Source: Tubulanus polymorphus
Taxonomy: Eukaryota; Animalia; Nemertea
Direction: 5' to 3'
DNA: 64,000 nucleotides
Assembly: GCF_964204645.1 (NCBI RefSeq)
Contig: NC_134028.1
Location: 23,494,345 to 23,558,344, forward strand
The notes under the pieces were generated by a model that was not told where the DNA came from, did no database searches, and saw nothing but the letters and a program-made list of their open reading frames with translations. Position 1 is the stretch's first letter, and each line of letters begins with the position of its first letter. Positions 11,704 to 25,105 of this stretch are shown piece after piece. Both the position numbers and the translations under genes were made by a program.

Positions 11704-14246
11704 ATGATTCCTACATTGATAGCGTTCATTGCTGCGGCATTTGGAGTCTGTAATGCTTTCTATATAGAAAAGCGTGATGATGTTGGAGCCGAATGTGGCT
11801 GTCTTCCACGTCAATTTGGTGGCAACTATGAATTCCGCTTTTTGGACTTCGGTCGCGAGAATCATCCCAACAAGGATTTGACGACTTTCATCCTCGAAGG
11901 ACGGTATGTACTATCAAAGTATTGTTATTCAAGAGATCGAGAGGTTAAAAAAATCATTTATTATTTTCCTGCTATTATTCCTAATCTATTTTACTATCCG
12001 TTTTAACTAAATTGCTTTACGTTCCGATCATTTGGAATCTGTCAGTTCACCATGCTCAATCCAAAATAGATGGTTCTCCATGCCAGTTTACTCAATGGTC
12101 ATATCTATAGGTCTATCATAGATATTATATTTTCTGAGCGACCAGAGCATGGCCGCTCAGAAATGCGGCCATGCTCTGGTCGCAATAAACAATATGATGT
12201 AAATCACATAATACCAAGGATCTATGAAGTTATTTCAAGTTTGCAAATATTGATAATTTTGAATTGGCCGATAACCAGTCAGGCCCCGATGTATTGATGA
12301 CGTAGAGCACATCTCAAAAATAACTATTAGAATTTATCAGAAATGAAATAAGAGTTATGAAATATATTTACTTACAAAGTAAGCGCCTAAGTTTACAATT
12401 GTGATTTTTAATTTTCGAACGCCAATATGGGTACTATATACGAGGTATCAATGTATGTAAACATGTACCGGTTTGTACGGCATCTAACAACCGCACAAGA
12501 CACCGGTAAGTCACAAGGTCCAATTACCATACTCTTTATACGTATATCGTAAGACAATCAGTTATCGGATATGAATTATGTTTTATAGATTATGAACGTA
12601 TCTAAGCGTTTTCTCCAAAATTAATAAATTAATGTATCAATATTATGTAGATCAACTTAATCTTTTGACAAGGGATCAGGGGCAACGAATTCCCAATTTT
12701 TCGGATGTTCCAATACTAGGTTTATTTCAGATTTGATAAACGTATATTCCATTTTTTTTATACAAATTTCTGTTCGTTTAGAATCGTGATAAATATGGAC
12801 GAATTGAAATACTACGTGACGATAGCGAACAGGAAAAGAGCAGCTGGGTTTGAAGGCAAGGATGAATATGGTTGGTATGGACCATTGAACTATGCCTTGA
12901 TGGGTGACCTTACCAAAGTAAGTACAACGTTTCAGTGTTTCAAAATTTCAAAGTTTATTTTCCTCCTTATTTTACAGAAAAAAAAATTTGAGCACTGCCT
13001 AGTCTATCCTACAATGAATATTACATAACACATGGTGGCCAGAAGATGGCAAAAAAACAAAACAAAATTATTTCGCAGGAGTTTTTGCATAAGTACATTC
13101 ATTAATATTGATCTGATACAATCACGCTTTTAAAAAATATTTATGAATCGCTATCAAAAAAGAGGAATATAGTGCATTGGGAGTATATTTGGTGAGTATT
13201 TCAGGGGGTAGTGTTATAACAGTTTATTTGTTTATAAAGTATAACGGGCAAGCCGTTTCTCGTACTTTGCCGTGTTAAAAAGTGCCTGAAGTGCGTATTG
13301 CCTTGATCGCCTGTAGTAGAACGCTGGTAAGTATTTATGTCTTAAATTTTGAAAAAAGTAACATTCTAAATTAGAATGGAACTCGTCACCGACGAGGTTC
13401 ATAATGCACTTATTTCCACGTTCATCCCTAGGGATATTATGGAAACGACCGGTCTCAATAATAGGTAGTTAGTGGTTCGAGCATTAGAATTTACATAGCA
13501 TTATACAAATAAATACTAAGTAACAATGCGGCATAAGTAGAGGTTTGTAATTTATATAATATTCAATTGTCACATCTTTACGTACAGAATAAGCTATCGA
13601 TGAAAACAGGAAGTCATTGTATGAACGCACATTATGAAACGACCTTTCTTCGCGGGAAAAAAGTAGGGAAAAAACTTGATAGCATTCGCTGTTACGCAAG
13701 TGAGTAAAAATGATATAGCTCCATGCGCGATAAGGATGGGAACAGTAATTTGTAATGATTTTGATATTTTAGGAAATACAGACAGTTCTACCGTGTCGAA
13801 CGGAACGGACGATTCTGGAAAGGGAATGACATTCGTGATACGTGAAACGTTGAGTGAATTGAATTTGACCTACTCACTACCAGACTGCCATTTGAACGAA
13901 ATTTCTGGAATAAAACTTGTACCACGTAGAGGTAAAAAAAGAAAAAAAATATCGGCTCACGCGGATAAGTATATGCACTTTTTAACGTCCATGCTTTCTA
14001 CTATGAGGTGAGGCAGTGTATCCTAAGTTTGACATTAAGATTGACAAATTGGATGCAAAAGAACTTGACGGGGTAAAATTATGTGATAAACCGATGAAAG
14101 AAATAACCACACACGTAAGTTCAACAAACAATGAGAAAATGTGTTCGTCCTCGTCGAATCGCTGAATACTTTTGAGTTTCTCTGGTTTTCTCTTTCAGCA
14201 AATACCATCGCTCTTCCCCTATCCATTCAACACAGAGCTCGTCTGA
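11704..14246 (+). CDS. Secreted ependymin-related (EPDR-like) protein, copy A1, 6 coding exons
   Basis: Exons 11704-11903, 12782-12917, 13588-13699, 13773-13931, ~14008-14114 and 14199-14246 splice in frame. Signal peptide, CGCLPRQFGG, IVINMD, HC..RCYA, YSLPDCHL and KLCDK reproduce ependymin Cys spacing. Gene model strong; family call moderate. Confidence 0.7.
13215..13560 (-). mobile_element. Non-LTR retrotransposon (RTEX-like) 3' fragment in the A1 intron between coding exons 2 and 3
   Basis: Homologous to 26214-26560; encodes degenerate SNH.LPIIETGRF.NIPRDER...DEFH. Confidence 0.7.
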
Positions 14247-14798
14247 AGTAGACAGATATGAACTCAGAATAAAAAGCGATCAAACTTGTATTGATTATGC
14301 TTAACTGACTATGTATTACAATAAACTGAATTATAAGTATTTATTGCTATTCTGTATTTCGTGTATACCTTTATTACCAATGAAACACTCTGCCGAGCTG
14401 TGAGGATAAACCTCATTTTCTAACAGTAAATAATCAATTCTAAAAAATATTACTTAAGCTAATAGTTTATTCGACTTTTCAACTATAACCTAAAAATGAT
14501 CATCTTCAGGAATACTGAATTGAAGCACAATTTTGAATACGTATATTCAAAAGATTGCCTTTTTTAAAAACGGGTAAACATTCATGAATATAAATGAACT
14601 ATTTCTGATGAGATTATATCGGTAATTTTTGCAATTCATTCAATTCTAAATTCCATTAGTGCATTAGCTTTTGCGCTATCTTCATTCATCATTTAAGAAC
14701 CTAAATGTAGACGAGGCGTGGAATTCACGCTATTTGGAATATCATTACTTTAAGTATTTCATTTCAAATCCCGCCGTCGTCGACGCCAGTCAGAAAAC

Positions 14799-17470
14799 AT
14801 GTTCGCTATCGTCACAGTTCTCGGCATCTTATTTCGAATAGCGACGCTTTGTTCGTCGAAGAAGATTTATAGCGGTAAGTTCATATCGATTCATTGTTTC
14901 TTCGACTCATTAATATTGTAAAATCCTCATTCACTGTTGTTGTCTGTCATAATTTCAACGATATTTTGGATGCTGTTTTAGGTGCTTCGACGAATGTGTC
15001 CAGTTGTTATAACGATGGCAGCTGGTGTTCCGAAACCGAATCCTGTTATCTAATGGGAACATGTTGTCCGAGTTATGAAACTAGTGAAAATAAGTCAATC
15101 GTGATAAGCGGGGATGAGAAATTGGAAAACGGTCGGTTTTCCTACTACGTCAGTTGCGTCAATTTCGACGTGCCATATTTTGAAATGTATGCCAAAGGAC
15201 GTGACGATCTTTGGGCAGTATCGATGTGTCCGCTGCAGTACCGCGATAACTCAATCCGTCAACTTTGCCAAAATCCTTCTAATATAGATGACAATTCACA
15301 ACTCTCCGACCTAATCCAATATACACCAGTCATTTACAGAAAAATTCTTTTTCGTAACTATTATTGCTTCAGTTGTCATATAGACGCCGTTCCGAATGAT
15401 TTCGAATTGAAACAAGTCCAAATTGAGTTCGTCCATCCAGAATTTCCACGGCCAGAAGATAGTTCCGCCGTCAACATCAAACTGTTCCCACGATTGAAAA
15501 ATCTGTATGACGTAATCTTTAAATGGGACAGGTTACTGACGACGAAGTGTTTTAACGCGGATTTTCATCGACAGATTACGAGGTGTCCGAATCAGACGGA
15601 TTCGTTATGTCATCAATACGTGGAAACAGTGAGCCATACACGACTCAACATCATATTCAGGAACTACCACTGCGCTGTTTGCCACGGTTTCAACCTCGAA
15701 GAACTCGCCTGTCATCAGTCGTACGGCGCAACTTTCATGCGTGTATTCGCTAAATTATCGATCTTGTTTGATCTATCAAAACCAGATGTAACTGTAGCGC
15801 AACTGCGCCAATATGGGACATTAGTGGATTCATCGCTAGGGTGTAAAGTCCCGGGTATGATCTACAATACAATCACCAAAATGTGTCAAAATCGTTCTGA
15901 CTTCGAGGAAATGTTTCCAGAATCGCATCTATATCGACAGGTCTACGTAAATTTGCGATTGCAGCATATATCTAAAACCATATACGCTCATTTTTTCGAC
16001 AAGCTGAAAAATACGTTTAGCGTCTTCACGGGAGATTTTAATGCTAATATTTCCATCGTGACAAACTGGTGCAACCAATCGACGTGTTTACACGTGATCA
16101 GTTTCTCGCTGAAAGTTTTCACCGATTTGACCGAGAGTCAAATACACGACAAAATAACGATCTCCGCCGAAACACCGAATTCGGAACACGATATTTTCAA
16201 AATCGTACAACTAACAGTCGCAAATTTTGAAAACCACCAACCGCAAAAAGATTGCGTCAAAAAACGATTCCCAGAACAAAACATATCATGGACGATACAG
16301 CATGGAATTCAGTATATTCGACTAATTGATGAATCAAATAAGAATGCGACAGACATGCGATCTAGATGGTTACCAGTTCGACTTGATTCCGGGGTTCATA
16401 TCAAATACATTCAACGAAATGGAAGAAAACGAAAAGAAATCTTCGTTTGCAAACGAGAGTTTTGTAAAAACGAAAGGATTTTCAGTCGTTCATTTGTGAC
16501 CAATTCTATAAGTGGTTTGAGCTTAGTAATTCCAGACGAATTAGATCTAACTCTAAGTAGAGACCAGGTGAGATTGATGGGTAATATCTCGGTCGTCTGT
16601 CTGGACGAGTTTCTAGAACGTCATTTCGCTGAATCTACGAACATCGAAGGTATTATAACTGTAGTCACGTGTTCCTTGTCCCTAGCAGGACTAACGTCGC
16701 TTCTACTGACCTATTTTTTATTCTCAGCTTTGCGGACAGTTCCCGGTTTGACGCTGATGCATCTGTCCGCTTCGCTATTCCTCGTCGTACTTATTTTCAA
16801 CGCAATCATATCACGGGAATTTCTGACGCATTATTGGATGCTCTGTAATATCCTCGGTATTTCTACTCATTATCTTTGGTTCGTCGTTTTTTCTTGGACC
16901 ACGGTGATCAGTTACGATACGTTCCACGCGTTCAGCAATTCAACAGTCGCCGAGAACTCGCAGAAGCTCCTAAGATATCGCTATTATTGTTTATTCGCGT
17001 GGTTATTCCCGCTTTTCCCCATATTCGTATTCACCGCAATAACCTTCGCGTTACCCGACACTGGATTCAAATACGCCGACCAACGAAAGAGAATTTGTTG
17101 GATCTCGAATCATCAGCAACTTGTGTTTACATTTCTGTCTCCGATTTTAATTCTATGTTTAATTAATTTGATCTACTATGTGTTAACTCTGCGGGCTATA
17201 TTCAAGGCGAAGAAAGCCGCCAGTTCGGCTCGATCCAATCACGATAAAAGTTATCTATTCATCGTCAAACTTTCATTGATAATGGGTCTGACGTGGTGTC
17301 TCGGTTTATTGGTATCGATGTTCGATTCTGAAATACTTCGTATTTTTTATACGACGTTCAACGGGTCCCAGGGATTCCTCATTTTTATTTGCTTCGTGTT
17401 GAGACCGAAAGTTTTTCGCTTGTATCGGCGACTTTTTGAAAAGTGTTGCAAATACAACGGTGTCAAGTAA
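14799..17470 (+). CDS. Class B (7tm_2) Methuselah/adhesion-like GPCR with Cys-rich ectodomain, copy B1
   Basis: Signal exon MFAIVTVLGILFRIATLCSSKKIYS (14799-14874) spliced to a long exon from 14982. Somatomedin-B-like CYLMGTCCPSY, two FRNY.C..CH repeats, and 7TM motifs LRTVPG, THYLW, AWLFP, CWI, LIMGLTW, FNGSQGFLIF. Confidence 0.9.
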
Positions 17471-18563
17471 TATTGTAATAATAGTAAATAGACCAGATCG
17501 ATATTAAACAAAAAATTCAGTAAACAATATCCCAATAAATTGATTTAGATTTTGAAGTATCTTTCTCTTTTTCCGGGCGTGAAAATTTGGTATATTCAAA
17601 AGAGGTTCGTCTTCAACAAGGCTTTGGGTGGTTGTTAATAAAGGATCGATGGTTCAGTGTCTCGCCAAACAACGCGAAGTAAAATGTTACACTATATAAA
17701 CATTTAATTGATTGAAAATTGACTCGATTTTGTTCAGTGTCAACTTTTAATGAAACAGTCGTTTATAAGAACGACCTGATACCCCGAGCGTTATCTATTA
17801 CTGGTACATACACGCAGTGAACGTGGAGTATAAGGCGACATGTTGCCTACGCGACTGTTATCAATGTTTTCGACGCGCATCACTGTGTCATAGTTAAAAA
17901 ATAAACACAGATAATCGCGCTCCCGGAGGTGATATGGTGAGAAATAGATATTTTTTCAGTCTTTTTGTATCCACGAAAAATATTTCGTTCGTTTTTATAT
18001 TCAAATTTTTCAAAGATCTACCTTTATTTCAAGAGAAACCACCACATTATCACGATATAAACGATATACATGTATGATAAATGCTAACGAGAGGTTCTCA
18101 CGATTTTGCAGACGACACGTTATTATCAGTTCACATTTTAGGCCACGGAATGACTTACTTTTTCCTCTGCGTTATCATGGGCGACGAGTGGGACGAAACA
18201 TTACCAGGAAATAACTGATAATTACAATAGAGTGGGTAATCTTACGGGTTAGTGGTTAGAATTATTAGCTTTTGGTTATTTTATTTGGATTGGAGCTCAA
18301 TCTTGAACGAAAAGTTCGTTCAGTAATAGGCACCATTACCATCTATCACAAAACACCAGTTACATAATGACTGCCAAAATGTGATAACCTACAAATAGAA
18401 TTACGTAGGCGTGGATTTCTTTACGTTTCATTTCATAGCAGCGAGGAATTGCGAGAAAAGGTACCACGCTCATATAAGCTTATAATGAACGACTTTATCT
18501 ATACAATCTGTTAACCGTATATATGTCTTTTTAGCTCGAAACAAAAAATTGTTCACTTTCAGG

Positions 18564-20782
18564 ATGATTCCTACATTGATAGCGTTCATTGCTGTGGCAT
18601 TTGGAGTCAGTAATGCTTTCTATATAGAAAAGCGTGATGATGTTGGAGCCGAATGTGGCTGTCTTCCACGTCAATTCGGTGGCAACTATGAACTCCGATT
18701 TTTGGATTTGGGTGATGAATATAATCCCAACAAGGATTTGACGACTTTTATCCTCGAAGGACGGTATGTGCTATCAAGTATTGTTATTCAAGAGATTGAG
18801 AGGTTGATGAAATCCGTTTATTGTACCTGGTCTAATATATTTCACTATCCGCTTTAACTAAATTGCTACGTTCCGATCATGTTGAATCTGTCAGTTAACC
18901 ATGCTCAATCCAAGGCAAGAAAATTAACTCGATAGTTTAATGACGCTTTGGAAAATATTATCGCATATTGCTTGATATTGTCGACAATGAACGATACAAT
19001 ATACATCATATAATAATTAAGGATCTATGAAGTTGTTTCAGATTTGAAAATATCGATAATTGAATTTGAATTGGCCGGCAACCAGTCTAGCCCAGATATA
19101 TTGACGACGTAGTGCACATCTCCTCAAGAATAATTATCAAATTCTATCAAGAATGAAATAAGAGTTATGAAATATATCTAATTACAAAATTAACGCCAAA
19201 ATTTTCAATAGTTATCTTGAAACGCCAAGACGGGTGACGTAGGCGCGTCGACTCACACAGAACCCCCTAAAATAATACATAGTATCAATCTACATAAACA
19301 TTATCGTAACGGTTTGTACGGCACCAAACAACCGCGCTAAGAAACGTCACAAGAACCAATTACCATACTATTTATACGTTCATCGTAAGACTAGATATCG
19401 GACATGATCTATGTTTTAGAATGTATCTAAGCGTTTTCTCCAAAATACATGTATCAATATAATGTAGATCAACTTTTCTCTTCTTAACAAGGGATCTATA
19501 TACTTAACATGGGGCCATAATGTCCTAATTTTTCGGATGATACTAGGTTTATTTCATATTTTGATATACGCATATTCCAATTTTGATATACGCATATTCC
19601 ATTTTTATACAAATTTCTATTCGTTTAGAATTGTGATAAATATGGACGAATTGAAATTCTACGTGACGATATCGAACAGGAAAAGACTAGCTGGGCGTGG
19701 AGGCAACGATGATGCTGATTGGTACGGACCAATGAACTACGCCTTGATCGCTGACCTCACCAGAGTAAGTAAAAAGTTCCAAAGTTTCAAACCTTTTTTC
19801 ATTCAAGTTTATTTCACTCCATACTATACAAAAAATAATTATGAGTACAGATTAGTCTGTTCTACAATACATATTACATTATTACATATTACAAGGTGGC
19901 CAGAAGATGGGGCCAAAAAATCAAAAATGAAATAATTTTGCAGGAGTACATACATTGATACATAGAACTAATACAATCCAGCTTTTATAGAATACTTTTC
20001 AATCGCTATCAAAAAAGAGGATTGTAGTGCGCTGTAAGTCTAACTGGTGAGGAATTCAGGGGGTAGTGTTAACAGTTTATTTGCCTCTTACAGAATATAA
20101 TATCGAGGGAACAAGACAAATATTGTTTGAACGTACATTTTGAAGAGGCGTCTCGTCAGTGGAAAAAAGTAGGAAAAAGATTTGATAGCATTCGCTGTTA
20201 TGCAAGTGAGTAAAAATGAAATAGCTCCGTGTATACGATAAGGATGGGAACAGCGATTTGTAATGATTTTGATATTCAAGGAAATACAGAAAGTTCTACC
20301 GTGTCGAACAGAACGGACGATTCTGGCAAGAGAATGACATTCATGATACGTGAACTTTTCAGAGTATTCAATTTTACCTACTCGCTACCAGACTGCCATT
20401 TGAACGAAATTTCAGGAATATTAGTTATGCCACGTAGAGGTAAAAAATAAAATATTCGCTTACGCTGATAAGTATATGCACCTTCTTTTACGTCAATGCT
20501 TTTCACTCTGTAGGTCGGGAAGCGTTTCCTAAGTTTGACATTAAGATTGACAAATTGGATGCAAAAGAACTTGAAGGGGTAAAATTATGTGATAAACAGA
20601 CGAGAGAAATTTCCGCATCCGTAAGTTCAACAAACAATGTAATGAGAAAATGTGTTCGTCCTCGTCGAATCGCTGAATACTTTCTGAGTTTCTCTGGTTT
20701 TTTATTACAGTTTATACCATCACTCCTGCCCTATCCATTCAACAGCATCCTGGAGAGGATTGATATTTTTGATTATTTATAA
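18564..20782 (+). CDS. EPDR-like secreted protein, copy A2
   Basis: Same six-exon structure in frame: MIPTLIAF...ILEGR|IVINMDELKF...DLTR|NIISREQDKYC...RCYA|...PDCHL...|...KLCDK...|FIPSLLPYPF...DYL*. Confidence 0.7.
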
Positions 20783-23700
20783 ATGACTATGAATTACAAT
20801 AAAGAGAATAAACATTTATTGCTATTCAGTATTTCATGTATACCTTTATTACCAATGAAACCTCTGCCGAGCAGTGAGGATAGCATAGAACCTCCCGTTC
20901 CAACAGTGAATAATCAAGTCTGAAATCTTACTTAAGCTAATAGTTTATTCGACTATTCGACTATAACCTAAGAAAATCATCTCCAGGAATACTGAATTGA
21001 AGCAACACTTTTGAATACATATATTCAAAAGAAGTTTTCGACGCGCATCACTGCGCCATGGTTAAAAAAGATAAATACAGATAATCGGGCGATAGAGATA
21101 CGTAGTCCCGTAGGTGACATGGTGAGAAAAAGAATTTTTTTTTGTGGGAACAAAATAACCTTTTCGTAGCCACGAAACACGTTTCGTTCGTTTATTCTTC
21201 CAATATTTCAAAGATCTACCTTTATTTCAAGAGAAACCACCGAATCACGATATAAACGATACATATGATACTTTTATTTACGATACATATATTACTTTTT
21301 CCTTTGCTTTATTATGCGCGACGAGTGGGACGAAACATTAACAGAAATAAACGCTAATAGCAATACATAAATGGACGAGCTACGGGTAAGTGGTCAGTAT
21401 TATTAGCTATTGGTTATTTTATTTTGATTATAGCTCAATCTTGAATGAAAAGATCGTTCAATAATCGGCATCATTACCATCTATCACAAAACACCAATTA
21501 CGTAATGACTGCCAAAATGTAATAACCTACAAATAGAATTACGTAGGCGTGGATTTTTCTACGTATATGTCATTTCATAGCGAGGAAATGCGAGAAAATG
21601 TACTACGCTCATGTAAGCTTATAATGAATGACTATCTTTAAAATCTGCATATAAAACTGAATATATGGCTTTAAGGTTCAATACAAAACATTTTTCACTT
21701 TCAGGATGATTTCTACATTGATAGCGTTCATTGCTGTGGCGTTTGGAGTCATTAATGCTTTCTATATAGAAAAGCGTAATGATGTTGGAGCCAAATGTGG
21801 CTGTCTTCCACGTCAATTCGGTGGCAACTATGAACTCCGATTTTTGAATATGGGTGGTAAATATGATCCCTACAAGGATTTGACGACTTTTATCCTCGAA
21901 GGACGGTATGTGCTATCAAGTATTGTTATTCAAGAGATTGAGAGGTTGATGAAATCCGTTTATTGTACCTGGTCTAATATATTTCACTATCCGCTTTAAC
22001 TAAATTGCTACGTTCCGATCATGTTGAATCTGTCAGTTAACCATGCTCAATCCAAGGCAAGAAAATTAACTCGATAGTTTAATGACGCTTTGGAAAATAT
22101 TATCGCATATTGCTTGATATTGTCGACAATGAACGATACAATATACATCATATAATAATTAAGGATCTATGAAGTTGTTTCAGATTTGAAAATATCGATA
22201 ATTGAATTTGAATTGGCCGGCAACCAGTCTAGCCCAGATATATTGACGACGTAGTGCACATCTCCTCAAGAATAATTATCAAATTCTATCAAGAATGAAA
22301 TAAGAGTTATGAAATATATCTAATTACAAAATTAACGCCAAAATTTTCAATAGTTATCTTGAAACGCCAAGACGGGTGACGTAGGCGCGTCGACTCACAC
22401 AGAACCCCCTAAAATAATACATAGTATCAATCTACATAAACATTATCGTAACGGTTTGTACGGCACCAAACAACCGCGCTAAGAAACGTCACAAGAACCA
22501 ATTACCATACTATTTATACGTTCATCGTAAGACTAGATATCGGACATGATCTATGTTTTAGAATGTATCTAAGCGTTTTCTCCAAAATACATGTATCAAT
22601 ATAATGTAGATCAACTTTTCTCTTCTTAACAAGGGATCTATATACTTAACATGGGGCCATAATGTCCTAATTTTTCGGATGATACTAGGTTTATTTCATA
22701 TTTTGATATACGCATATTCCAATTTTGATATACGCATATTCCATTTTTATACAAATTTCTATTCGTTTAGAATTGTGATAAATATGGACGAATTGAAATT
22801 CTACGTGACGATATCGAACAGGAAAAGACTAGCTGGGCGTGGAGGCAACGATGATGCTGATTGGTACGGACCAATGAACTACGCCTTGATCGCTGACCTC
22901 ACCAGAGTAAGTAAAAAGTTCCAAAGTTTCAAACCTTTTTTCATTCAAGTTTATTTCACTCCATACTATACAAAAAATAATTATGAGTACAGATTAGTCT
23001 GTTCTACAATACATATTACATTATTACATATTACAAGGTGGCCAGAAGATGGGGCCAAAAAATCAAAAATGAAATAATTTTGCAGGAGTACATACATTGA
23101 TACATAGAACTAATACAATCCAGCTTTTATAGAATACTTTTCAATCGCTATCAAAAAAGAGGATTGTAGTGCGCTGTAAGTCTAACTGGTGAGGAATTCA
23201 GGGGGTAGTGTTAACAGTTTATTTGCCTCTTACAGAATATAATATCGAGGGAACAAGACAAATATTGTTTGAACGTACATTTTGAAGAGGCGTCTCGTCA
23301 GTGGAAAAAAGTAGGAAAAAGATTTGATAGCATTCGCTGTTATGCAAGTGAGTAAAAATGAAATAGCTCCGTGTATACGATAAGGATGGGAACAGCGATT
23401 TGTAATGATTTTGATATTCAAGGAAATACAGAAAGTTCTACCGTGTCGAACAGAACGGACGATTCTGGCAAGAGAATGACATTCATGATACGTGAACTTT
23501 TCAGAGTATTCAATTTTACCTACTCGCTACCAGACTGCCATTTGAACGAAATTTCAGGAATATTAGTTATGCCACGTAGAGGTAAAAAATAAAATATTCG
23601 CTTACGCTGATAAGTATATGCACCTTCTTTTACGTCAATGCTTTTCACTCTGTAGGTCGGGAAGCGTTTCCTAAGTTTGACATTAAGATTGACAAATTGG

Positions 23701-25105
23701 ATGCAAAAGAACTTGAAGGGGTAAAATTATGTGATAAACAGACGAGAGAAATTTCCGCATCCGTAAGTTCAACAAACAATGTAATGAGAAAATGTGTTCG
23801 TCCTCGTCGAATCGCTGAATACTTTCTGAGTTTCTCTGGTTTTTTATTACAGTTTATACCATCACTCCTGCCCTATCCATTCAACAGCATCCTGGAGAGG
23901 ATTGATATTTTTGATTATTTATAAATGACTATGAATTACAATAAAGAGAATAAACATTTATTGCTATTCAGTATTTCATGTATACCTTTATTACCAATGA
24001 AACCTCTGCCGAGCAGTGAGGATAGCATAGAACCTCCCGTTCCAACAGTGAATAATCAAGTCTGAAATCTTACTTAAGCTAATAGTTTATTCGACTATTC
24101 GACTATAACCTAAGAAAATCATCTCCAGGAATACTGAATTGAAGCAACACTTTTGAATACATATATTCAAAAGAAGTTTTCGACGCGCATCACTGCGCCA
24201 TGGTTAAAAAAGATAAATACAGATAATCGGGCGATAGAGATACGTAGTCCCGTAGGTGACATGGTGAGAAAAAGAATTTTTTTTTGTGGGAACAAAATAA
24301 CCTTTTCGTAGCCACGAAACACGTTTCGTTCGTTTATTCTTCCAATATTTCAAAGATCTACCTTTATTTCAAGAGAAACCACCGAATCACGATATAAACG
24401 ATACATATGATACTTTTATTTACGATACATATATTACTTTTTCCTTTGCTTTATTATGCGCGACGAGTGGGACGAAACATTAACAGAAATAAACGCTAAT
24501 AGCAATACATAAATGGACGAGCTACGGGTAAGTGGTCAGTATTATTAGCTATTGGTTATTTTATTTTGATTATAGCTCAATCTTGAATGAAAAGATCGTT
24601 CAATAATCGGCATCATTACCATCTATCACAAAACACCAATTACGTAATGACTGCCAAAATGTAATAACCTACAAATAGAATTACGTAGGCGTGGATTTTT
24701 CTACGTATATGTCATTTCATAGCGAGGAAATGCGAGAAAATGTACTACGCTCATGTAAGCTTATAATGAATGACTATCTTTAAAATCTGCATATAAAACT
24801 GAATATATGGCTTTAAGGTTCAATACAAAACATTTTTCACTTTCAGGATGATTTCTACATTGATAGCGTTCATTGCTGTGGCGTTTGGAGTCATTAATGC
24901 TTTCTATATAGAAAAGCGTAATGATGTTGGAGCCAAATGTGGCTGTCTTCCACGTCAATTCGGTGGCAACTATGAACTCCGATTTTTGAATATGGGTGGT
25001 AAATATGATCCCTACAAGGATTTGACGACTTTTATCCTCGAAGGACGGTATGTGCTATCAAGTATTGTTATTCAAGAGATTGAGAGGTTGATGAAATCCG
25101 TTTAT
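18730..25105 (+). repeat. Near-perfect 3142-bp tandem duplication (about 2.03 copies)
   Basis: ORF pairs offset by exactly 3142 with identical translations (19537/22679, 20229/23371, 20555/23697; 21706/24848 differ only beyond the breakpoint). Flanking mismatches at 18729/21871 and 21964/25106. Confidence 0.92.
21706..23924 (+). CDS. EPDR-like secreted protein, copy A3 (chimera of A4 exon 1 and A2 exons 2-6)
   Basis: Exon 1 matches A4 (MISTL...AKCGC...NMGGKYDPYKD); the remaining exons match A2. Confidence 0.68.

Noticed and set aside
11704-12917. A genes as neuropeptide precursors (KR and RKR sites)
   Set aside because: No repeated amidated peptides; the conserved six-exon Cys framework and beta-strand pattern fit a single folded EPDR-like domain. 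The internal RKR is RKK in A5.
14894-14981. ORF-track N-termini of the GPCRs (also 31743 and 35656)
   Set aside because: They start at TTG inside the first intron; the real start is the upstream signal-peptide exon MFAIVTVLG.
16400-16650. GAIN/GPS autoproteolysis site in the GPCRs
   Set aside because: No C.C.HL(T/S).F motif precedes TM1, so these are not canonical adhesion GPCRs.
16876-17166. Recurrent alternate-frame ORFs inside the GPCRs (also 33671 and 37587)
   Set aside because: Their recurrence is explained by near-identity of the host CDS; TTG starts and no motifs.
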